A stretch of DNA of 35,979 nucleotides from an uncultured bacterium (GCA_963977015.1 CAXBMO010000038.1:1-35979), one strand, 5' to 3'; shown: positions 1 to 9,787, counted from the stretch's first letter. Notes: a model not told the origin generated them from the sequence alone. Translations and numbers: made by a program.

Positions 1-55
1 CATCCAAGCGGCATCCAAGCGGCATCCAAGCGGCATCCAAGCGGCATCCAAGCGG
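1..55. repeat. Tandem repeat, 5 copies of the 11-mer CATCCAAGCGG (may extend left of the window)
   Basis: Read directly: units at 1-11, 12-22, 23-33, 34-44 and 45-55. Confidence 0.95.
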
Positions 56-86
56 AGTCGGCGCTCGCGCTTGCCTCCGCACTCCC
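48..86 (-). repeat. REP-like imperfect hairpin (GGAG-tagged)
   Basis: Minus strand reads GGGAGTGCGGAGGCAAGCGCGAGCGCCGACTCCGCTTGG. GCGGAG (52-57) pairs with CTCCGC (75-80) and a GGAG tetramer precedes the stem. It resembles REP families of PVC bacteria and lies downstream of a stop codon. Confidence 0.55.
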
Positions 87-204
87 GGACGCCGGTGCGC
101 CGTTAATGGGAGCCACAAGTTGAGTTTGTCGGTGGTGAAAACCATAGGGAATTTGGAACACCATTGCCTGCCTGTAGGATAGATCGCCGATCCGCCAACC
201 GAGC

Positions 205-1782
205 CTACTTCGGGGCAGAGCCGAGTTGCCAAATCAGATCACGAACAGCCATGCCACCATCATCGATTTGGTCCTCGGCGACTGAATAGATGATATAAAT
301 CCCGCGCTCTGAGTCGTGACGCACACTGACGGGACGCGTGAGGTCGTAGCGATCTCGCGGTATCTCGGCGATGAATTGCGGAACCAAGTCGGAAAGATCC
401 GCCGGCAAATTCCCGTTGGCTAAGTGATAGCGTTCAAGCGCGATGGCGATTTGTGCCAGGTCGAGCGTTTGCTGGATCATGATTCCGATTCTGATCGTTT
501 GGGAGTAGAATCGAAGGTAATCGTTGGCTGGAATGAAGCCTGTGCCATCCTTGGCAGCGGAGAGCCGATGTTCCAAGGCGAGCAAATGCTCGTACTGGAT
601 GTCGGCGTTTGGTAAAAAATTTGGCGCGATCAACTCCTCCACAAGCGGGTGTTGAGAATCGTAAATCGCGAGGTGAAATACGCCCGGAGGCGCCAAGCGG
701 TAAACCGTCGCGCGAAGGTTTTGATTCATCCACTCGCGAACGGCAGTTGGGTCGGCCTTCGGCAACTGGTCTAGCTTGAACGTGAATTTTGGGTCGATCT
801 TTCCCTTGGAATGGCGGAAGCCAAGATCGCCGCCCATCAGTCGGTAAAAGGTATCGACCCCAACCAACTCTTGTTTCAATTGCTTCGATGGTATCACTTG
901 GAGTTGAATTTTGCGGAGAAGTTGACTCAACTGGCTCAATTGGTCGTCGTTCCATCCGTGAAGGTTCAACCCTTCCCACAAGACTTCTCGTATCTGGACG
1001 ATTGTTCCAAGTATCGGTTCGTAGTCCCAAAGCAAAGGAATTTCTTCGGTAAGGTGCGCTGCGAGGCGTTGCGTCGTTACAAAGTCCTTAAAGGCGGCGT
1101 CAGTATTTCCTACTTGGAGATGGGTTCTTGCCCGAAGTGAGAATAGAGTTGCGTCTTCATTGAGGTCATTGAGAGAAAGGACGACGTCATCAAAAGCCGG
1201 ATCGTCGATCGGGGGTAGCGTGCACTCGCTCTTCGGTCGTTCTGCCGCAAGTGCTAACTCCTCGAGGATAGGCTTCAGCGGTTGCAAAGCGTCGAGGATC
1301 TCTTGAGCATTCTCCGATTCGTGCGGGTCTCGGGGCGTTAGCGCTAGCTCGACGGAAACGAGATCACCTGGTGGATTGGGGAGGTCATGTTGGGCCAATC
1401 CAAGGAGATAGAAGTACGGCCTTAAGGACAGCCCTCGAATCAATCTCGGATCCAACTTTTCGAGACGATAGCTTACCCGCTTACCCTCTGCGTATTCCCG
1501 CAACTCCACCAGCAGCGGAGCCTCAAAAAAGTTCTCCTCCGGATCTATCTCCGGCTCCTTCTGCTTGTGCCAACGCAGTTCATCCCCGCATTCGGCCCAA
1601 TGGTTTTGAAAGTGGGCGAGCCTCGCCCGACCGTAAAGATCCAGCCCAATCCAGATGCTGAGAAGAAACGTGAACCCCATCAACAACCAACGCAGTGCCT
1701 TTGGCAAGCGACGGTAGCGGTCCCAACTGCCGGCGAGGAGTCTCATCCGGCAATCCTGGCATATCTGCTCCTGATTTGTCAC
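205..1782 (-). CDS. Hypothetical membrane-anchored helical protein with a C-terminal GspG/pilin-like motif
   Basis: 525-aa ORF with an N-terminal TM segment (WLLMGFTFLLSIWIGL). The C-terminal LAQIAIALERYHLANGNLPADLSDLVPQFIAEIPRD...YSVAEDQIDDGG is typical of a PVC family. The start is uncertain (GTG at 1782 or a nearby ATG). Confidence 0.75.
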   Translation of the reverse strand: MTNQEQICQDCRMRLLAGSWDRYRRLPKALRWLLMGFTFLLSIWIGLDLYGRARLAHFQNHWAECGDELRWHKQKEPEIDPEENFFEAPLLVELREYAEGKRVSYRLEKLDPRLIRGLSLRPYFYLLGLAQHDLPNPPGDLVSVELALTPRDPHESENAQEILDALQPLKPILEELALAAERPKSECTLPPIDDPAFDDVVLSLNDLNEDATLFSLRARTHLQVGNTDAAFKDFVTTQRLAAHLTEEIPLLWDYEPILGTIVQIREVLWEGLNLHGWNDDQLSQLSQLLRKIQLQVIPSKQLKQELVGVDTFYRLMGGDLGFRHSKGKIDPKFTFKLDQLPKADPTAVREWMNQNLRATVYRLAPPGVFHLAIYDSQHPLVEELIAPNFLPNADIQYEHLLALEHRLSAAKDGTGFIPANDYLRFYSQTIRIGIMIQQTLDLAQIAIALERYHLANGNLPADLSDLVPQFIAEIPRDRYDLTRPVSVRHDSERGIYIIYSVAEDQIDDGGMAVRDLIWQLGSAPK

Positions 1783-1831
1783 GTGGGAAGCCGCTCGAAA
1801 CGGGTGCTACGGGTTGGCGCAGCACTTGGCG

Positions 1832-2254
1832 CTACACGGAATACTTGGCGATGATGTCTTCCGGGATGTCGGTGGCGCGGCCGGTCTCGGTATTGATGAG
1901 GGTGTAGTCGAAGTAGCCGATGGCGCTGAGCTTGTTGGTATCCCGGCGCAGGATCTCGTAGCTGACGCGCACGCCGCGTTGCTGCACGTCCGCGATGCGG
2001 GTTTTGACGATCATCCAGTCGCCCATGAAGAGGGGCCGCTTGTGCTCGATGAAGGCGGCTTTGACGAACCAGGTCAGCCCGCGGTCGAGAAACTCGGTCA
2101 TGGACATGTGGTAGCAGCGCTCCATCTGGTCGAAGCGCGCGGCGAGCACGTAGTCGAGGTATTTGCTGTTGTGGACGTGGCCGTTGAGGTCGATGTCATC
2201 CGGGCGAACCTGCAGCTCGGTCTCGAAGGTTGAAAAAGTGGTTTCGTCGCTCAC
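1832..2254 (-). CDS. Acyl-CoA thioesterase (4HBT/YbgC hotdog family)
   Basis: Motif VRPDDIDLNGHVHNSKYLDY; 140 aa. Confidence 0.9.
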   Translation of the reverse strand: MSDETTFSTFETELQVRPDDIDLNGHVHNSKYLDYVLAARFDQMERCYHMSMTEFLDRGLTWFVKAAFIEHKRPLFMGDWMIVKTRIADVQQRGVRVSYEILRRDTNKLSAIGYFDYTLINTETGRATDIPEDIIAKYSV

Positions 2255-2281
2255 GGGCTCACTTTAATCTCACCTTTCGTC

Positions 2282-2998
2282 ATGCCTACCAAAATCCTCA
2301 GCCTCTGGTCCGGCCCCCGCAACGTTTCCACCGCGCTGATGTATGCCTTTGCCGGGCGCGGGGATACGGCGGTGATTGATGAACCGCTGTATGGCCATTA
2401 CCTGAGCCTGACCCATGCGCCTCAGCCGCATTGGGAGGAACTGATCGAGGTGTTGGAGACGGATGGGGAGAAGGTGGTTCGTGAGGTGATTCTGAATCCG
2501 CCGGACGTTCCGTTGTTCTTCATCAAGAACATGGCGCATCACCTCATCGATCTCGACACCGGGTTTCTGGATGAACTGACGAATGTGTTTCTGATTCGCG
2601 ATCCCGAGCAAATGCTGCCTTCGCTCGTGAATCAGATCGCTGAGCCAACGCCGCGCGATGTGGCGCTGGAACAACAGGCCCGGCTTTTTCGTGAGCTTGC
2701 GGAACGGGGGAGGGAGCCGCTTGTGATCGACAGCAAGGCACTGCTGCTTGATCCCGAGACGGTGCTTCGCCGGCTTTGCGAACGCATCGAGATTCCGTTC
2801 AATCCCGCGATGCTAAGCTGGGAACCCGGTCCTCGTCCCGAGGATGGGCCGTGGGCGCCCTACTGGTATCACAATCTTCACAAGTCGACCGGGTTCGCTC
2901 CTTACACGGAGAAGACGGAACCGTTTCCGGAGGCACTGCGTCCGCTGCTCGAGGCTTCGCGACCGCATTATGAGTTTCTCCTGGGGCGGGCGCTTTAG
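2282..2998 (+). CDS. Sulfotransferase-like P-loop protein (family also found fused to BCAT-like proteins)
   Basis: WSGPRNVSTALMYAF, DEPLYGHYL, KNMAHH, FLIRDP, MLSWEPGP...DGPWAPYWY. Confidence 0.85.
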   Translation: MPTKILSLWSGPRNVSTALMYAFAGRGDTAVIDEPLYGHYLSLTHAPQPHWEELIEVLETDGEKVVREVILNPPDVPLFFIKNMAHHLIDLDTGFLDELTNVFLIRDPEQMLPSLVNQIAEPTPRDVALEQQARLFRELAERGREPLVIDSKALLLDPETVLRRLCERIEIPFNPAMLSWEPGPRPEDGPWAPYWYHNLHKSTGFAPYTEKTEPFPEALRPLLEASRPHYEFLLGRAL

Positions 2999-3050
2999 CA
3001 CAAACCGATGGATGTCTGGCTCGTCGCCAACCTTTGTGGTGAAGTTTGGG

Positions 3051-3812
3051 CTACCGCCGGTTCCAGGCGACGCAGTCGGCGTAGCTGACGAGAGTGCCGC
3101 CAAAGAGGTCGAGGGCACTTCCGATGGTTAGATCGACGTTGCCGTTGCTGAGGTCTTCGACGCGTTGCAGGTCTTCGAAGGAACTTGCGCCGCCGGCGTA
3201 GGTCATCGGGATGCCGCCCCAACGACCCAGGACTTCGACGAGTTCGCCGTCGATGCCCTCGCATTTGCCTTCGACGTCGGCGGCGTGAACGAGAAGCTCG
3301 GCGCAATGCTCGGCGACATCGTCCAATGCGCCGGGTTCGATCGGGAATTTGGTGAGGGTTTGCCAACGGTCGGTTGCGACGACCCAACCTTCGTCCTTGC
3401 GCCGACAGCTGAGGTCGACAACGAGGCGCTCGCGGCCGAGCTGGCGGGCGAGATCGCGGAGGCGCGCGACTTTGAAACGCTCCTCTTGAAACAGGAAGGA
3501 GGTGACGATGACGTGACTGGCGCCGGCTTCGAGCCATTGCTCGGCGTTGGAGTCGCGAATGCCGCCGCCAATTTGCAATCCACCGGGGTAGGCGGCCAGG
3601 GCTTCGCGAGCGGCATCTTCATTGCCGGGGCCGAGCTTGATGACGTGGCCGCCCGTCAGTTCATCGGCACGATAGCGTTCCGCGAAAAACTGGGCCGGTT
3701 CCTCGCTCTCGAAATTCGTCCGCAACGCCTCGGCATCCTCGCTCAGCGTTCCGCCGACGATTTGTTTTACGCGTCCTTCGTGGAGGTCGATACAGGGGCG
3801 GAATTTCGTCAT
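3051..3812 (-). CDS. hisA: Phosphoribosylformimino-5-aminoimidazole carboxamide ribotide isomerase, eukaryotic/His6 type
   Basis: MTKFRPCIDLHEGRVKQIVGGTL, GGHVIKLG, LQIGGGI, GASHVIVTS, LVHAADVEGKCEGID, DLTIGSALDLFGG. ATG at 3812 chosen as start. Confidence 0.93.
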   Translation of the reverse strand: MTKFRPCIDLHEGRVKQIVGGTLSEDAEALRTNFESEEPAQFFAERYRADELTGGHVIKLGPGNEDAAREALAAYPGGLQIGGGIRDSNAEQWLEAGASHVIVTSFLFQEERFKVARLRDLARQLGRERLVVDLSCRRKDEGWVVATDRWQTLTKFPIEPGALDDVAEHCAELLVHAADVEGKCEGIDGELVEVLGRWGGIPMTYAGGASSFEDLQRVEDLSNGNVDLTIGSALDLFGGTLVSYADCVAWNRR

Positions 3813-3857
3813 CGGCAAAGTCGGTCGATAGGTGGTGAGATGGTTGGCCGGTCGCGG

Positions 3858-4433
3858 TTACCGCTCGAGCTCGACCTTGCAGAGGACGGTTACGGTGTCC
3901 TTGACGCGAATGGTGCCGGCGAGGGCGCGAGGGGCGTTGAGGCCGAGGTCCTTGAGGGAGAGCGTCAGGGCCAGGTCAAAGCTTCCGCCGTTGGTGCCGG
4001 TGACGAAGTTTTGGGTTCTTCCGGTGACGGTCTTGCTGTGCCCGGCAATGGTGAGGGTGACGGGGAGTTTGCCGGTTTTCCCTGGGCCGGGGTAGGCCGC
4101 CTTGAGCGAGGCGTTGCGAACCTGGACGCCGAGATGGGGAAACTTGTCGGACTGGAACATCTTCCACATCTCGCGGTCGCGGGCCGGTTTGGCCGTGTTG
4201 AGGCTGGTAACGGCAACCTTGGTCGTCATGTTCAGCGTGTCGCCATCCTGCAGGCTAACGGAGAGCGGCACCTTCGCGATGGTTCCAGTGAAGCCGTGGA
4301 GGTTGGACTTGCCTTCAAAACGGACGGAGCACGAGCCGGCGTAGGTGCCATTGGCGAACGTGGTTTGCGCGTGGAGAAGGCCGGGACAGGCGAGGAGGCA
4401 GGCAAGATAGGCGACGGGGAGGAGGGACCGCAT
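3858..4433 (-). CDS. YceI-like lipid/polyisoprenoid-binding secreted protein
   Basis: Signal peptide; SVRFEGKSNLHGFTG, LNTAKPARDREM...FPH, LTIAGHSK, LKDLGLNAP. Confidence 0.8.
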   Translation of the reverse strand: MRSLLPVAYLACLLACPGLLHAQTTFANGTYAGSCSVRFEGKSNLHGFTGTIAKVPLSVSLQDGDTLNMTTKVAVTSLNTAKPARDREMWKMFQSDKFPHLGVQVRNASLKAAYPGPGKTGKLPVTLTIAGHSKTVTGRTQNFVTGTNGGSFDLALTLSLKDLGLNAPRALAGTIRVKDTVTVLCKVELER

Positions 4434-4442
4434 GAGGAGGAA

Positions 4443-6062
4443 TCAAATGAGGGTGAAGCTGTCCTCACCGGGGGTGTTCCCGGGTTTGCGAATGGCGCCG
4501 GAGTTGGCGGCAAGGTGGTTGAGAATGTGATAAACGGCTTCCGGATTGGCTTCGAGGGTTTCGGCGATGGCTGGAGCGGTGAAAGGAACGCGGCGATTGT
4601 AGGCGAGGTGATTGCGCACCTTGTTCATGAGGGTGAGAAACTCGCCCGCGGCCTTTTTCCCAGCTTCGACGCCAGGCTGATGGTAGGCGTTGACGTTGAT
4701 GAGGTCGGCGTAAAAGGTGACGGCGCGTTCGAACAGGGCGATGAGGGCGCCAAGGTGAAAGGCGTCGACACTCGGAATGGAGATGGTCATGGATTCGCGA
4801 CCGTTCTCGTAGAGTGCATCGCGGGTGCCGCGCAGGAATCCCTGAAGGAAGTCGGCGCTGGTGGCTTCGGTATCGGGATCGACGATCTGGGAGTCGCCTT
4901 CGCGGCCTTGACCGACCTCGAGGAAGATGGCGAAGAAGTTGTTGATGCCGTCGCGCAGTTGCTGGACGTAGGCGTGCTGATCGGTGCTGCCTTTGTTACC
5001 GTAAACGGCGATGCCTTGCTCGGCGCGTTTGCGGTTTTCGTCATCCTCCGGGCCTTCGCCGCGTTCGAACTCTTTGCCGAGCGATTCCATGACGAGTTGC
5101 TGGAGGTAGTTGCTGAAGAGGGAGAGGCGATCCTTGTAGGGAAGCACGACCATGTCCTTCTCGCCCTTGCCATTGCCAGCGGAGTACCACATGAGGGCCA
5201 TGAGCATGGCGGCGTTTTGAGCGGTCTCGGGCTGGCGGGTCATGGTGTCCATGGCAGCGGCGCCTTCGAGGAATTCATCGATCTCGATTTTTTGGAGAGC
5301 AGCGGGGACGAGGCCGACGACGCTCATGACGCTGGTGCGGCCGCCGATCCAGTCGGACATGTAGAAGCGTTCGAGCCAGCCCTCTTCGCTGGCGAGTTTG
5401 TCGAGCTTGCTCTCGGAACCGGTGATGGCGACGGCGTGTTTGCCGAAGTCGAGTCCGGCGGCTTCGTAGGCGGCTTTGGCTTCGAGCATGCCATTGCGCG
5501 TTTCGGGCGTGCCTCCGGATTTGGAGGTGACGACGGCGAGGGTTTCCTTGAGACCTTCGGGACCGATTTCAGCGAGAACGCGATCCATGCCATCGGGGTC
5601 GGTGTTGTCGAAGAACCAGGTTTTGAGCGGGGCGGTGTGATCGGTGAGAGCCTCCTTGAGGAGTTGGGGGCCGAGCGCGGAACCGCCGATGCCAATGAGG
5701 AGGAGATTGCGAAATTTCTCGGCTTTTTCCGGGCTGACGACGCCGGTGTGGATGACGGAGGCGAAGCGTTTGGCGTCGGCGACGCTGGTGCCGATTTCCT
5801 GCTGGAGATGGGGCTTGGGGGCGAGGTTGGGATTGCGCAGCCAGTAGTGACCGACCATCCGCCCTTCGTCGGCATTGACGAGTTCGCCGTTTTCGAGGGC
5901 TTCCAAGTGTTTGAATGCGGCCTGGCAGAGGGGTTCCATCCCTTTTAACCAACCGGCGGTGAAGTTCATCCGGCTGATATCGAGGGTGAATTGCAGCTCG
6001 TCCTCTTCATAACGAAGGAGATACTCCTGATACCGGTTCCAAAGCGTTTCTGGCTCGTTCAT
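4443..6062 (-). CDS. pgi: Glucose-6-phosphate isomerase (cyanobacterial/plastid-like type)
   Basis: DEGRMVGHYWLR, IGIGGSALGP, SKSGGTPETRNG, DWIGGRTS, QQLVMESLGKE, GNKGSTDQHAYVQQL, NAYHQPGVEAGKK. Start placed at MNEPETLW (ORF is open to 6116). Confidence 0.96.
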   Translation of the reverse strand: MNEPETLWNRYQEYLLRYEEDELQFTLDISRMNFTAGWLKGMEPLCQAAFKHLEALENGELVNADEGRMVGHYWLRNPNLAPKPHLQQEIGTSVADAKRFASVIHTGVVSPEKAEKFRNLLLIGIGGSALGPQLLKEALTDHTAPLKTWFFDNTDPDGMDRVLAEIGPEGLKETLAVVTSKSGGTPETRNGMLEAKAAYEAAGLDFGKHAVAITGSESKLDKLASEEGWLERFYMSDWIGGRTSVMSVVGLVPAALQKIEIDEFLEGAAAMDTMTRQPETAQNAAMLMALMWYSAGNGKGEKDMVVLPYKDRLSLFSNYLQQLVMESLGKEFERGEGPEDDENRKRAEQGIAVYGNKGSTDQHAYVQQLRDGINNFFAIFLEVGQGREGDSQIVDPDTEATSADFLQGFLRGTRDALYENGRESMTISIPSVDAFHLGALIALFERAVTFYADLINVNAYHQPGVEAGKKAAGEFLTLMNKVRNHLAYNRRVPFTAPAIAETLEANPEAVYHILNHLAANSGAIRKPGNTPGEDSFTLI

Positions 6063-6159
6063 AAAGTGCAATTCTACGGGGTCGCCGGGCAACTGCATCC
6101 AGAAAGTTTCTGTCATTTTCGATGGACAGATCTGGCCGAATCACAAATCCTGCCGGAGC

Positions 6160-6540
6160 ATGAAACCCATCCTTTCCATCCTCCTCTCGACGTTTATTCT
6201 CAGCGGCATGGCCATGGCTGACGACAATCTTGGGAATTTTCGCCATGTGGTTCTCTTTAAGTTTAAGGAGGGGACAACTGAGGAACAGATTGCCAACGTG
6301 GAGAGCGAGTTCAAAAAGCTGCCGTCTAAAATTGATACGATTGTAGACTTTGAATGGGGAACCAGTAAAACCGTGGAGGCAGATTTGGCTCAGGGTTACA
6401 CGCATTGCTTTTTGGTGACGTTCAAGAACAAGGCTGGTTTGGAGACGTATCTGCCCCATCCGGACCACCAGGCATTTGTCTCGATTGTGCGTCCGTTGTT
6501 GGAAGAAGTGCACGTATTTGACTACGTGGCTTCCAAGTAG
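6160..6540 (+). CDS. Dabb (stress-responsive A/B barrel) family protein, secreted
   Basis: Signal peptide; RHVVLFKFK, GYTHCFLVTF, YLPHPDHQAF, VFDY. Confidence 0.9.
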   Translation: MKPILSILLSTFILSGMAMADDNLGNFRHVVLFKFKEGTTEEQIANVESEFKKLPSKIDTIVDFEWGTSKTVEADLAQGYTHCFLVTFKNKAGLETYLPHPDHQAFVSIVRPLLEEVHVFDYVASK

Positions 6541-6552
6541 CAAAATTCCCTG

Positions 6553-7095
6553 ATGGAACCCGAGAATTACCAAGCCACGCTGGACGAGCTGAATGCCTCG
6601 TCGACCAGCTTTGTCGGCATCATCATTGTGGCGATCATCATGATTGTCTCGATTTTGTCGGCGATCAGCGCCGTATTGGCCTTTCTCTACACCATGACGT
6701 TCTTCCGGATTCCGGAGGAGCATCGCAAGATTTCGCTGGGAAAGATTTGGCTCGTGATGGTGCCGTTTTACGGTCTTTACTGGCTTTATATGCTGACGCG
6801 GGAGCTGGCGGCGTCGTTCCGCGCCTACTTTGAGGCGCAGGACCCGGAAGATGAGCCGATGCCGGAGGGCGACTTTGGGCAGACCTACGGCCTGTTGATG
6901 TGCATCAGTGCCGCATTGGTCCACCTCGCGGCCCTGGCGGTTTTTTGGAAGAGCCCGTTGATCCTGGGGTTAAGCATGGGAATCAGCACCGCGCTGAGTC
7001 TGCTGCTGACGGTGAAATACTTCCTGGAGGTCTTTAAAATCCGGCAACGAATTCCCGATCCGGAGTTGGAAATGCTGCCCGAGAGCTACATTTAG
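6553..7095 (+). CDS. Hypothetical integral membrane protein (about 4 TM)
   Basis: IPEEHRKIS.GKIWLVMVPFYGLYWLY motif; hydrophobic segments; 12 bp after the Dabb gene. Confidence 0.75.
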   Translation: MEPENYQATLDELNASSTSFVGIIIVAIIMIVSILSAISAVLAFLYTMTFFRIPEEHRKISLGKIWLVMVPFYGLYWLYMLTRELAASFRAYFEAQDPEDEPMPEGDFGQTYGLLMCISAALVHLAALAVFWKSPLILGLSMGISTALSLLLTVKYFLEVFKIRQRIPDPELEMLPESYI

Positions 7096-8768
7096 TGGGT
7101 GCAGTGCATGGGATCCTCGAGCGACTCGAGGCGCCGGAACCAGAGGAGCTTGTATTGATACCACGGGATCGGATCGAACAGATGCGCGTCGCCGGTGATG
7201 AAGTCGCCCTCGCGAATGACGCCTAGTTCCTTGCCTTGACGGCGATAGATGACGCGGACATTGCCCTTGTGCTCGCTGAGGAGTCGGCGCAGTTCGAAAT
7301 AGGGGAAAATGGGGCCGGAATTGGCGTGCTGCATGAAGTTCCGCGGCTTCTCTGGAGGCTCGAGGATGTTGGGCTCGTAGTCGATCAACTCGATGAGATC
7401 GTTTTGCATCGGGAACAGGTCCCAGCGCTTGAGAAAGGCATGATTGCCGTCGCCCTCGCTGCGGAGATTGCTATACATCGAGAACGAAGTCTGGGTTTTG
7501 AGCCCGATCCAGGGGTTGAAGCCGTTGAGGAGAACGGGGAGGACCATGATCCACGCGGGATTGAGCGTTGGGCGATTCGGCCAGGTCCGGAAACTGGTGC
7601 GATGTCTCCAGACGGCGACGAGGTAACATTGTGCGAGCCAGACGCCCCAGATCAGCCAAAGCAGGAAGCCGATTCGGTTGGCTTTGGTCTCGAAAACCTC
7701 CCGGGTCCGGCCCTGAGTGAGGTAAAGATAGCCCTGAAGAATGACTGCGAGCACGAAGACGATAACGATCGTCCAGCGAATGACTTTTCGCCCGAGTTCG
7801 GGACGCCCCTTGCTGATCGTGGTCATCGTCCGCGACCACATCGACTGGAGTTCGTTGGTGGCGTTTTTGGGAAGGAAGAGATAAAGGGAGGCAAAAATGA
7901 GCGAGCTGAAGCTGTAGATCCCGCCGGCTGGATGAACCGACAGCCAGAGGTGAAAAAAGATCGCGGCAAAGAAGCCGAGGGCACGCAAACGCGGGATCAG
8001 CAGCAGAAACGGGATGCCAAACTCAAACATGAGGGAACCCCAGATGGCGCAATACTGGGACCACGGTGCCGCGGGAACTCCGGGCAGGATCAAGGCGATC
8101 TCCTTGTGAAGGAGCGCGGCGCAACTGTGGACCGGATTCCAGTAGTCCCAATTGCATTTCTGGATCGCGGCCCAGATGTAAATGATCACGATTTGAATGC
8201 GAAGAACCGGTGCGACGGTATCAATGAACTCCCGCCGCACTTTGGGGATTTCGACCGGTTTACGGGCAAGGGCGGAGCCGATCGCGACGACCATGATCAG
8301 CGTTGTCGCTCCCCCGATGAGGTGGTTCCGGGGTTCCGAAGTAAGGTTGAGATGGACGAACTTGACCAAAACTCCCAGTGCGAAGGGCCAGCCCCGGACC
8401 CAGGCTTCGTGCATCAACTCCTTCTTGCTTGGCAAGTCCTTGCGATGTTGCCAGACGACCCAAATGATGCCGACCAACAGCATCAGATTGATCATTCCCT
8501 CAAAAAGCATGTGGTTCGGCACAAACGGCAGTTTGTAGAACCAATTCATGAGAGACGTGACGATGAGGGCGCTGAATCTGACGAAACAGCGCGGCTCGAG
8601 AACCACGAGAAAGGCGCAGTAGGTGAGCAGCCAGCCTGGCCACGTCTGGAGCCAGAAACTAAAGGAAAGCTGGTGAATGAGGGTCGTGATCCCCCAAATC
8701 AGCGCAAAACTTCGGAACGGCTGATAGTCTTCGGAATTGAGAACGTCGGCGTTGTTGGAGATTCCCAT
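7092..8768 (-). CDS. HTTM-domain multi-pass membrane protein
   Basis: Many TM helices; PNH motif, IYIWAAIQKCNWDYWNPVHSCA, EFGIPFLLL...FH, PWIGLKTQTSFSMYSNLRSE. Confidence 0.7.
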   Translation of the reverse strand: MGISNNADVLNSEDYQPFRSFALIWGITTLIHQLSFSFWLQTWPGWLLTYCAFLVVLEPRCFVRFSALIVTSLMNWFYKLPFVPNHMLFEGMINLMLLVGIIWVVWQHRKDLPSKKELMHEAWVRGWPFALGVLVKFVHLNLTSEPRNHLIGGATTLIMVVAIGSALARKPVEIPKVRREFIDTVAPVLRIQIVIIYIWAAIQKCNWDYWNPVHSCAALLHKEIALILPGVPAAPWSQYCAIWGSLMFEFGIPFLLLIPRLRALGFFAAIFFHLWLSVHPAGGIYSFSSLIFASLYLFLPKNATNELQSMWSRTMTTISKGRPELGRKVIRWTIVIVFVLAVILQGYLYLTQGRTREVFETKANRIGFLLWLIWGVWLAQCYLVAVWRHRTSFRTWPNRPTLNPAWIMVLPVLLNGFNPWIGLKTQTSFSMYSNLRSEGDGNHAFLKRWDLFPMQNDLIELIDYEPNILEPPEKPRNFMQHANSGPIFPYFELRRLLSEHKGNVRVIYRRQGKELGVIREGDFITGDAHLFDPIPWYQYKLLWFRRLESLEDPMHCTH

Positions 8769-8856
8769 CGGGAGAGTCAGCCAAAAATCAGAGGAAATGG
8801 CAGGTAGTAACCATGTTAGGCTGCGATTCCCGATAAACCCAAGAACTTTTGAAAGC

Positions 8857-9237
8857 TTAGCGCTCCAAAATTTCTACCTCATAGCCGTCGGGGTCGGTCA
8901 CAAACGCCATTTTGGACTTGGCGCCGCTTGGGAACGTCTCGCGCCAATCACCGGGCCAGATCTCGATGCCGGCTTTTTCCAAATCATCACAGAAGCTCAT
9001 GATGTCGGAAACGCCGATCGCGGTGTGCATCAGATCTTCCGGAAACTCCACCTTGAATTCGGGCGAATAACACAGCTCAAGGAAGTGCTCATTCCCCTCA
9101 ATCTCGAGAAACGCGAGTTGATTACCCGCCGGGGACTTATCCATTTTTCGGGTGAGCTTAAAACCCAGTTTTTCGTAGAAATCGATGGTCTTATCCAGGT
9201 CGCTAACGCGAATGCGGGTATGGAGGAACTTGATCAT
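8857..9237 (-). CDS. VOC family protein / lactoylglutathione lyase (glyoxalase I-like)
   Basis: FLHTRIRVSDLDKTIDFY, LELCY, HTAIGV, AFVTDPDGYEVEIL. Confidence 0.9.
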   Translation of the reverse strand: MIKFLHTRIRVSDLDKTIDFYEKLGFKLTRKMDKSPAGNQLAFLEIEGNEHFLELCYSPEFKVEFPEDLMHTAIGVSDIMSFCDDLEKAGIEIWPGDWRETFPSGAKSKMAFVTDPDGYEVEILER

Positions 9238-9324
9238 TGTGGTTCGGTTAGAAGTGTGGCGAGGCTATCGTTCGCCGCAATTAAAATCAAGTGGCGGATG
9301 CAGCCAAAGTCCGCACGTTGCAAA

Positions 9325-9693
9325 ATGGCCCATCCTCAAGACCGCATTTTTTTGTCGGCGATCCGCGTCTCCTCCCATATCGGAGTTCCGGACGAAGAAA
9401 GAGCGATTCCCCAGACTCTTGAAGTGGATGTGACCTTGTTCCCGATTCAAAAACTGGCTGGTCTGGCTGATGATCTTGAGAAAACGATCAATTACTACGA
9501 GGTCTGGCTTTTGGTGCGGAACCGCGCTGCCGAGCGCCCGCGGAAGCTGATTGAAACCCTTGCTGAGGAGTTGGCCGAGCAGATTTTGGCGAACTTTGCG
9601 CTTTCAGCCGTTGAAATCACCGTTCGCAAGTTCATCCTTCCCGACACGGGTTCTGTAAGCGTTTCCATTTCTCGCGAACGGGGAAATTCCTGA
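9325..9693 (+). CDS. folB: Dihydroneopterin aldolase
   Basis: C-terminal 122 aa of ORF 8737-9693: DRIFL...HIGVPDEERAIPQTLEVDV, DDLEKTINY, KLIETLAEELA, ITVRK. ATG at 9325. Confidence 0.92.
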   Translation: MAHPQDRIFLSAIRVSSHIGVPDEERAIPQTLEVDVTLFPIQKLAGLADDLEKTINYYEVWLLVRNRAAERPRKLIETLAEELAEQILANFALSAVEITVRKFILPDTGSVSVSISRERGNS

Positions 9694-9787
9694 AAAGTTT
9701 CGTGCGAAGCGCCGGTTTTTCACCTAGAAAACACCCGCTCTGTTAAACCCCCACCCACAGTTCTGCTTCCTCAGCATTTAGTCACAC

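Noticed and set aside
1-55. Possible CRISPR array
   Set aside because: Contiguous 11-bp units without spacers, and no cas genes.
3165-5948. 927-aa plus-strand ORF
   Set aside because: Antisense shadow of hisA, the YceI gene and pgi, expected from GC-rich codon usage; no recognisable motifs.
7236-8807. 523-aa plus-strand ORF (likewise 27060-28388, 29878-31098 and 6007-6924)
   Set aside because: Antisense to well-supported genes.
8737-9324. N-terminal extension suggesting a folB fusion protein
   Set aside because: It overlaps the glyoxalase gene on the opposite strand; folB starts at ATG 9325.
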